From Phycisphaera mikurensis NBRC 102666 (GTDB taxonomy: Bacteria > Planctomycetota > Phycisphaerae > Phycisphaerales > Phycisphaeraceae): 32,000 bases of DNA. This document shows, piece by piece, positions 25,968-32,000 of this stretch (positions are counted from its first letter, which is position 1; each line of letters starts with the position of its first letter). Location: NCBI RefSeq assembly GCF_000284115.1, contig NC_017081.1, positions 1 through 32,000 on the forward strand. Reading direction: 5' to 3'. Below the pieces are notes generated by a model. The model made no database searches. It worked only from the letters and a program-made list of their open reading frames with translations, and was not told where the DNA came from. A program made the position numbers and the translations under genes.

Positions 25968-27343
25968 GGGTCGTTGCGTTCGGAGGGAGCGTCGGGCTCG
26001 CCGACAGCCTCGCGGAGGTCCGCGAGGTCCTGCTGGAGCTGGGTGACCGCCCGCAGCCGCATCAGCTTCAGCGTCGTGAGGCGGCGGGCGTTGTCGATGA
26101 GGGCGATGAAGTCGTTCTGGCCCGAGCGGTAGCCCGCGGCCGAGGAGGCGACGGCCTCCTCGGCCGCGGGCACCATGTCGGCGTCGTAGAGGGCGACGGC
26201 GTCGCGGCGCTGGGCGACCCGGGCGAGCGCGTCGGCAACCGCGAAGGCCAGCCGGTTCTGCTCGTCGGTGTACATCGCCGCGGCCTCGCCCAGTCCGGCG
26301 AGCGCCTCGGCCTCGGCCGCGTCGCGGCGGTCCTGCCACAGGGGCAGGTTGATCCCCAGGTTGAGGTAAAGCTGGTCGTCGCCGGTCGCGGCGGGGGCGA
26401 GGCCCTCGTCGTCGACGTCCGCGAAGGTGACGCCCACCGTGAGGTCGGGCCAGCGGTCGAGCTTCGCCAGCCGGAGCCGGTCCCGCGCGGCGGCGATGCC
26501 CTGCTTGAGTGAAGCCAGCCGCGGGTGGTCCGCGGCGGCGGCGAGCAGCCCGTCCAGCGTGCCCGCGGCGTCCGTGAGCGTCGCCGCCGGCGGATCCGGC
26601 AGCGACGCGTCCGCCGGCCGATCGAGCAGCCGGTTGAGGCTCGCCGCCGCCGTCTGGTCCTGCTGGCGGAGTTCGAGCAGGTCCTGCCGGAGCGCATCGA
26701 CCTCCACGCCAGCCCGCAGCACGTCGGCCCGCTCGGCCGCACCGGCCCGGTACCGGGCCGCCGCCGAGTCGCGCAGCCGCTCACGCAGCTGAACGTCTTC
26801 GTTCACCACACCCACCGCCTGGCGGGCGTAGGCCAGCGACCACCACGCCCGCCGCACCGCGGCGGCGACCTGCAGCCGCCGGTCCGCGAGGTCCGCCAGC
26901 GCCGCCGCCGCCGCCCGATCCGCGGCGTCGCCGCGGGCTTCAAGCTTGCCGGGGAAGGGGAACTTCTGCGAGAGCCCCGCCATCAGGCCGACCTCGCCCG
27001 CCGCGGTCTGAGCCATGTCGCCCACGGGCGAGACGGTCAGCATCGGGTCTTCGAGGGACTCGACCTGCGGCCGACGCGTCCGCAGCCGTTCGACCCGGCG
27101 CTCGGCCGCGGCGATCGCCGGGTTGCGGCGGAGCGCCAGCTCCACGAGCCGCTCCACGTCGGCTGGCACCGCCTCGGCGGGCTCCTCCGGGCGGAGGTCG
27201 TCGAGCCGGTGCGTCGTCGATGAGCCGGGCGCAGACCATGCGTTGGGGTCGGCCTCAACCCAGGCGTCGAACCCGCCGTCCCGCAGCGGAGATGAGCAGC
27301 CGGCGAGCAGGAGCGCCGCAACGGTCACGATCGATGCCCTCAC
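25964..27343 (-). CDS. TolC/CusC-family outer-membrane efflux lipoprotein
   Basis: VRASIVTVAALLLAGCSS lipobox; LVELALRRNPAIAAAERRVE; repeated TolC-like helices. GTG start overlaps upstream stop (GTGA, 27340-27343). Confidence 0.9.
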   Translation of the reverse strand: MRASIVTVAALLLAGCSSPLRDGGFDAWVEADPNAWSAPGSSTTHRLDDLRPEEPAEAVPADVERLVELALRRNPAIAAAERRVERLRTRRPQVESLEDPMLTVSPVGDMAQTAAGEVGLMAGLSQKFPFPGKLEARGDAADRAAAAALADLADRRLQVAAAVRRAWWSLAYARQAVGVVNEDVQLRERLRDSAAARYRAGAAERADVLRAGVEVDALRQDLLELRQQDQTAAASLNRLLDRPADASLPDPPAATLTDAAGTLDGLLAAAADHPRLASLKQGIAAARDRLRLAKLDRWPDLTVGVTFADVDDEGLAPAATGDDQLYLNLGINLPLWQDRRDAAEAEALAGLGEAAAMYTDEQNRLAFAVADALARVAQRRDAVALYDADMVPAAEEAVASSAAGYRSGQNDFIALIDNARRLTTLKLMRLRAVTQLQQDLADLREAVGEPDAPSERNDP

Positions 27344-27975
27344 GAGGCGGCCTCTTCGAGCTTCTGGAGGTACTCCGCGGGGTTGGCGAGGAATTTGGAG
27401 GTGCAGCCGCCGCAGCAGAAGCGGACCAGCTCGCCGGCAAAGACGAAGTCCACCGGCTCGCCCATGCTGCCCAGCTCCATCTCCGTCACCGGGCACGTCT
27501 CCGCGGCGTGGCCGGGGCCCTGCTCGGCGACCACGGCGGCGTCGAGCTTCTCGATCGAGGCCTCGGGGTCGGCCATGGCCTGACCCTTGCAGCCGCCGCA
27601 GCAGAGCTTCACCAGGCGGTGGCCCAGCAGCACGTCGACCGGCTCGCCCATGGAGTCCAGCGGCTCGCCGGTGACCGGGCAGGTGTCCATCGGGTAGTTC
27701 TCCGACTGCGTGGCGATCAACTCCTCGTCCACGGCCGGGACGAAGTCGCCGGGGGCGGCGGCGAAGGCCTCCGCCGATTCCTCGGTGGCGAAGTGGAAGC
27801 GGCGGCCCTCGTGCGTGCGGTAGACGGGTTGATCGACCCCGGCGAGCGGCTCGCCGCTCACCGGGTCGTTGGGCAGCGGGTAGACGTTCCGCGGCTCGGG
27901 TGTTTCCTCGGCCGCCGAAGGCAGCGCCGGGGCGGCGAGGAGGAGGGCGAGGACGGGGAGGAGGAAGAGTTTCAT
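27340..27975 (-). CDS. Secreted protein with repeated YHS-like / CCxxC metal-binding segments
   Basis: Signal peptide; repeats CPVTGEPLDSMGEPVDVLLGHRLVKLCCGGC and CPVTEMELGSMGEPVDFVFAGELVRFCCGGC, plus degenerate NDPVSGEPL unit. Confidence 0.88.
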   Translation of the reverse strand: MKLFLLPVLALLLAAPALPSAAEETPEPRNVYPLPNDPVSGEPLAGVDQPVYRTHEGRRFHFATEESAEAFAAAPGDFVPAVDEELIATQSENYPMDTCPVTGEPLDSMGEPVDVLLGHRLVKLCCGGCKGQAMADPEASIEKLDAAVVAEQGPGHAAETCPVTEMELGSMGEPVDFVFAGELVRFCCGGCTSKFLANPAEYLQKLEEAAS

Positions 27976-28166
27976 GAGGTTCCTGTTTGAGGGAGCAAGA
28001 GGGGACGCACACACCGTGTGCCACACCCCGTGCGGGAGAGGGAGCAAGAGCGGCGCGGAGGAGCGACGCGCCCGACGCCGCGGGGGCGAGGGCACGCGGC
28101 CACCGCGCTGGCAGGCCTCACCGAAACCCGCGGACGTGCGCGGACTCCGGGGAGGGGCAGGTTTTT

Positions 28167-28586
28167 TCAGACCAGCAGCAGCGTGTGCAGGGCGCGCAGC
28201 GTCTGCGCTGGAGCTTGCTCGGGCCGCAACGCCGGCCACGCCTCACGCCCGGCGGCCACCGGCGGTTCGAGGGCCCATCCGGTGACACCGAGCAGCACCG
28301 GCGGCAGGGGGAACGATCCCGCCGACACCAGCCGCTCTGCCGCTTGGTCGCTGGCGGCCAGCCGCAACGGCGTGTCCGAGGGGGCGCAGTGGCTGCAGCC
28401 GTCGTCGGGCGGCGCCGGTGCTGAGGGCGCCTCACCGGATTCGCAGCACTCGTGCGAATCTGCCGCAGCCGCCGGCGTCGACGCGGGTGCCGGGCAAGGG
28501 CACAACCCCAGGCTCGCGAACGCCACCGCCGCGGCCAGGAGCCATCGGGCGGCGTGGGCGGGCGTGTCGGAGAGCGTGAAGAGCAT
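28167..28586 (-). CDS. Cys/His-containing secreted small protein (metal-locus associated)
   Basis: Hydrophobic N-terminus then SHECCESGEAPSAPAPPDDGCSHC; in operon orientation. Confidence 0.6.
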   Translation of the reverse strand: MLFTLSDTPAHAARWLLAAAVAFASLGLCPCPAPASTPAAAADSHECCESGEAPSAPAPPDDGCSHCAPSDTPLRLAASDQAAERLVSAGSFPLPPVLLGVTGWALEPPVAAGREAWPALRPEQAPAQTLRALHTLLLV

Positions 28587-28679
28587 GCGTGGCGTCTGAC
28601 GTTACGCGGCGGGCTTGCCGGCGGTTCCGAGGCGGATCCAGCTCTCGCCTTACCCCCTGGGGGTAGCATAGACGGAGGC

Positions 28680-29705
28680 TCAAGCGTCGCCTGCCCACCG
28701 ACGACGGTCGCGCCCGCTCCCGCCCAGCCGCCGCTCGATCCCGGCGAAGGCGGCGACGTCGATGCGACGGCGGTCGGTGGACCGCAGCGGCGGCGGCGTG
28801 CCGCGGACCGGGCCGGCGGCAGGGCCGGCGGCGGCGACCGCGTGGAGCACGGGCAGCGGGTCGCGGCAGAACGCCTCGTACGCGACGCGGACCAAGCGGG
28901 CCGGGTCCAGGGCATCCGCTTGCCGGCCAATCTCCCGTTGGAAGGCGCGGACCTGGTTGCACACCGCCTCGACCGGGCCCTCGGCGGAGGCGGGATCGGC
29001 TTCCTCGCAAAGCAGCCCCCAGCCGTGGCGGGCGTCTCCCTGCACCATCGCCCGCGCCTCCAGCAGCGACTGCGCGACGTACACCGGGTCGCGTTCAACG
29101 ACGACGAAGGTCGCACCGGGCAGGGCTTCGGCCAGGGAGGTGATCGCCAGCGCGTTGCGGTTGTTCTTGTTGAGCAGCGGGCGGCCGAAGGCGGCGTTCC
29201 AGGCGGACACGAAGGCGCGGACCTCCGCGGCGGACTCCGGGGAGAGCGGCCCGGGCTTCCCGCGGACCTCTCCGAACCACCGATCCCACACAGCGAACGC
29301 GTCGTTGGGGCCTCCGGGACCGGCGACGCTGCCGAAGAAGTTCCGCGTCGAAGCCTTCGGCTCACGGACCCAGCGCGGCCGGAGCTTCCCGGCGCTGATG
29401 GGCGAACGCGGGAAGGCTCCGGTCCAATTGCTCGTGTAGCTGACGTGGAGGTGCTGCGCGAGCAGCTGGTAGACGAGCGTGGTTCCGCTCCGAGGGCCGC
29501 CGACAACAAGAACGCAGGGCGTTGGACCGGGCTCGTGGTCAGCGGCACGCAGACGCCGCTCTTCTCGGTTCGCGAGCAGCGCGTCCAGCGGCCGGGTTGC
29601 CAGGCCCAGCCCCTCGCGGAGGAGCACCGACCGGGCGGTCGCGTCGCCGGAACGGATCATCCGCCAGGCCAGGCCGAGGGGGTCGCGGAAGTTGGCATCA
29701 GGCAT
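28680..29705 (-). CDS. Sulfotransferase-family protein
   Basis: VLVVGGPRSGTTLVYQLLAQHL (PAPS 5'-phosphosulfate loop-like), LLNKNNRNALAITSLAEALPGATFVVVERDPVYVAQSLLEAR. Confidence 0.88.
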   Translation of the reverse strand: MPDANFRDPLGLAWRMIRSGDATARSVLLREGLGLATRPLDALLANREERRLRAADHEPGPTPCVLVVGGPRSGTTLVYQLLAQHLHVSYTSNWTGAFPRSPISAGKLRPRWVREPKASTRNFFGSVAGPGGPNDAFAVWDRWFGEVRGKPGPLSPESAAEVRAFVSAWNAAFGRPLLNKNNRNALAITSLAEALPGATFVVVERDPVYVAQSLLEARAMVQGDARHGWGLLCEEADPASAEGPVEAVCNQVRAFQREIGRQADALDPARLVRVAYEAFCRDPLPVLHAVAAAGPAAGPVRGTPPPLRSTDRRRIDVAAFAGIERRLGGSGRDRRRWAGDA

Positions 29706-30258
29706 GTTCGTTTTCCTCCGGCATGGACCACTCGTTGTGTGGGATGCTCACGCGCTGGGTCTTGTCGACCAGCAGGTGGCCCCGGAGATCGACCCGCACC
29801 GCGAGCCGGGGCAGGTCTTCGGTGGCCGGTCCGTTCTGCACCACGCCCTCCGGAGAAAATCGCGAGCCGTGGCAGAAGCACTTGAAGGAGGCATCGGGTT
29901 GTGCGTTCACCAGGCAGCCCCTGTGCGTGCAGACCGCCGAGAGTGCGCACACCTCGTCGCCGTTGCGGATCACGAAGAAGCCGTCGTCGCGGAGCGAGTC
30001 GTCGGGGCCCTGCTGTTGGTAGTCCGCGAGCGGGCCCGCATCGAAGACGCCTTCGGGCAGAAGGGCGTTCGCATTGGGCGTGCCCCGTGCCGCCGGGCCC
30101 GTTCCACCGTCGGGATCCGCGGCGACCGGCGGGGACGACTCTCTTCGACAGCCAACGGCGGCGGCGGCGGCGCTCGCCGTCGCGAAGACAAGCAGCCGGC
30201 GGCGGTTGACGCGGTCGGCCTCCGTCGGAGCGGTCGGAGCGGTCGGATCAGTGCCCAT
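29698..30258 (-). CDS. Rieske [2Fe-2S] domain protein with Tat/lipoprotein-like leader
   Basis: CALSAVCTHRGCLVNAQPDASFKCFCHGSRFSPEGVVQNGPATEDL contains C-x-H-x2-C and C-x2-H motifs; RRRLLVFATASAAAAAVGC leader. Confidence 0.93.
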   Translation of the reverse strand: MGTDPTAPTAPTEADRVNRRRLLVFATASAAAAAVGCRRESSPPVAADPDGGTGPAARGTPNANALLPEGVFDAGPLADYQQQGPDDSLRDDGFFVIRNGDEVCALSAVCTHRGCLVNAQPDASFKCFCHGSRFSPEGVVQNGPATEDLPRLAVRVDLRGHLLVDKTQRVSIPHNEWSMPEENEHA

Positions 30259-30910
30259 GCTCGTGACCTCCTTCCTCGGTTGCGTCGGCCGCGGGGACGG
30301 AGGCCTTCCAGCCCTCGTCGGGCGCGGCCGCCCCTTCCGCGTGCCCGCCGCCCCCGCCGTGGCCACCGCCGGAGCCGAAGCTCAACATCCCGCCGATGTG
30401 GCCCTGGGCGACCAGGAACACGACGAACACGGCGCCCGCCGCGATGTAGGCCGGCCGGGCGCCGACCCGCGCGTCCGGCTGCGTCTCGCGGCGACGCTCC
30501 CGCCAGCGCCACAACGCGAGCCCGATCACCAGCACGGCCAGCGAGGTGCCCAGCCACTTGTGCACGAGCATCGGGTCTCCGTGGCCGCCCATCTCGTCGA
30601 GCCAGAGCCAGCCGGCCAGCGCGGTGAAGGGCGTGACGACCGCCGCGAGCACGGTCATCCACCAGCCCGCCGAAGAGAGCGAGGCCCGGCGGTTGAAGCG
30701 GCCGGCGCTGTCGAAGAACACCGCGGCGGGGATGAGCCCTGCGGTCATGTTCACGAGGATCGGGTGCAGCGGCGGCGGCTGGAGGAGCAGCCGGAGCACG
30801 TCGGCGGCGTCGGCGAGGGAGAGCGGGAGCATGGGGTCGATCCGAGGATGCGGAGGGAAAGCCCCGCCGCCGCGGTCAGCGGCGACGGAGCCGGGGAAGC
30901 GGACAGGCAT
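30248..30910 (-). CDS. DUF2231-like multi-TM membrane protein with His-rich C-terminus
   Basis: HPILVNMTAGLIPAAVFFDSAGRF..., four hydrophobic segments, GGGHGGGGGHAEG...GGHEHGH tail. Confidence 0.8.
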   Translation of the reverse strand: MPVRFPGSVAADRGGGAFPPHPRIDPMLPLSLADAADVLRLLLQPPPLHPILVNMTAGLIPAAVFFDSAGRFNRRASLSSAGWWMTVLAAVVTPFTALAGWLWLDEMGGHGDPMLVHKWLGTSLAVLVIGLALWRWRERRRETQPDARVGARPAYIAAGAVFVVFLVAQGHIGGMLSFGSGGGHGGGGGHAEGAAAPDEGWKASVPAADATEEGGHEHGH

Positions 30911-31395
30911 CAGTGCGAGTGAGCCCCGTGCCCGTGGTCTTCCTCTTTCGTGTCGCCACCCGTCATGTTGTGGTGGTTGTCGTCGAGCGTGACCTCCTTG
31001 AAGCCGCCGTCCTCCTGCTGGACGTAGAGGTGCTTGACGTCGAAGGACTGCATGCCCTCGTGGGCGACGCCCTCGACCTTGATGGTCTGCGCCGCGTACT
31101 CAGCGAGCGGCACCGGGTTGGTGAGCAGGAAGAGCAGGTCGCCGGTGTCACCGCCCTCGGGCAGGATCCCGGCGGGGATGCCAGTGGCCAAGCAGGTGCT
31201 GGCGCACTCGGCGTGGCCCTCGCCCTTGGCGCCGCCGTCGCTGGCGACGAAGCAGGCGGTGTCGATGAGTTCACCCGTCAAGGTGGTCATCTCGCCCTCG
31301 CCCCCCGCGTGCCCACCCTCGTGGTCACCGGCGGCAGTGGCGAAGGGTGCGGCGGCCAGCAGGGCGGCGAGAGCGGCACAGGAGGAACGGTGCAT
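30910..31395 (-). CDS. Secreted hypothetical protein with conserved Cys pattern and His-rich ends
   Basis: Signal peptide; LTGELIDTACFVASDGGAKGEGHAECASTCLATGIPAGIL; C-terminal HNMTGGDTKEEDHGHGAHSH. ATG overlaps downstream gene stop region. Confidence 0.8.
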   Translation of the reverse strand: MHRSSCAALAALLAAAPFATAAGDHEGGHAGGEGEMTTLTGELIDTACFVASDGGAKGEGHAECASTCLATGIPAGILPEGGDTGDLLFLLTNPVPLAEYAAQTIKVEGVAHEGMQSFDVKHLYVQQEDGGFKEVTLDDNHHNMTGGDTKEEDHGHGAHSH

Positions 31396-31414
31396 GGTGA
31401 AATCCTTCAGAAAC

Positions 31415-31427
31415 GGGGGGGGGGGGG
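31415..31427. repeat. Poly-G tract (13 G) in the 5' region of the 30910-31395 gene
   Basis: Direct read: cagaaacGGGGGGGGGGGGGaagctc. Confidence 0.8.
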
Positions 31428-31488
31428 AAGCTCGCGGGAGCGCGAGCGGAGAGAGAGCGACCGGCGAACGCCGTCGGACGCGACCAAA

Positions 31489-31992
31489 TCAGTCCTTCGG
31501 GATGAAGGTCATGCCGCACTCGGTGCTGTTGCCCGGCACGCCGGTCGCCGCCTCGGGATGCATCACGCGGACCCACGCCCCGGTCGCTTCGAGAGCAGTC
31601 GGCGGACCAGCCGCGGCGGCTTCTTCCGGGGCAGAAGCTTCCGCGCTGGCCGTGCCCGGATTGCTTTGCTCGTCGTGCTGCATCCCGGCCATGCCCGCCA
31701 TCCCGTCGTGGTCGCCGGACAAGGGCGCCGGCTCGCCCGGGAGCCGGACGAGTGGGGCGGCTCCGCCGGGGCTGGCATCGGTGTGTGCGACCCCGGACCG
31801 GCCCGCGTCGCCGGGCGCGGGGTCGGCGCGCTTCACGGCCGGCGTGTCGGTCCGCGGCGGCAGCGGGGCCACCGCGGCGTCCGGGTTGCCAACTTGGCTC
31901 CCGGCGATGGCGGAGTCCTCAGGAAGTCTGTTTGCGCAGCCGGGCAGCAGGAGCGCGACCGTCAGCGCGGCCGCGGAGAAAGAGCGGGCCAT
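31489..31992 (-). CDS. Secreted lipoprotein, unknown function
   Basis: MARSFSAAALTVALLLPGCANR lipobox; HDGMAGMAGMQHDEQ Met/His-rich segment. Confidence 0.7.
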   Translation of the reverse strand: MARSFSAAALTVALLLPGCANRLPEDSAIAGSQVGNPDAAVAPLPPRTDTPAVKRADPAPGDAGRSGVAHTDASPGGAAPLVRLPGEPAPLSGDHDGMAGMAGMQHDEQSNPGTASAEASAPEEAAAAGPPTALEATGAWVRVMHPEAATGVPGNSTECGMTFIPKD

Positions 31993-32000
31993 TGGAAACG

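Noticed and set aside
1-32000. Transposase, IS element, tRNA or rRNA
   Set aside because: None recognised; the mobile-region interpretation rests only on accessory gene content and truncated fragments.

Overview
High-GC window with an accessory left half (about 1-17 kb) and a metal-resistance right half (about 17-32 kb). The left half carries an AbiE-type toxin-antitoxin pair, an orphan HEPN-like ORF plus a small membrane protein, SprT-like, CoiA-like, RadC-like and ArdC-like genes, several small unknown ORFs, and a block of a large HEPN-motif protein, a two-TM protein and a divergent DisA/CdaA-like (DAC) nucleotidyl cyclase homologue. The right half is a long minus-strand copper/heavy-metal locus: CopB, CopA multicopper oxidase, CusA/CzcA RND pump, CusB-like protein with duplicated C-terminal domain, TolC-like OMP, multi-CxxCxxC secreted protein, sulfotransferase, Rieske protein, DUF2231-like protein. 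Most interesting signals: (1) the HEPN / membrane protein / DAC-like block (12.5-17.0 kb) is bracketed by two truncated RND pump C-termini in opposite orientations. (2) A dispersed, structured intergenic repeat family occurs upstream of radC-like, ardC-like and a small ORF and again before the DAC-like gene, with inverted repeats showing apparent compensatory changes. (3) A shared double-hairpin element lies downstream of both radC-like and ardC-like genes. No transposase, integrase, CRISPR, tRNA or rRNA was recognised. All family assignments come from reading motifs, without database searches.
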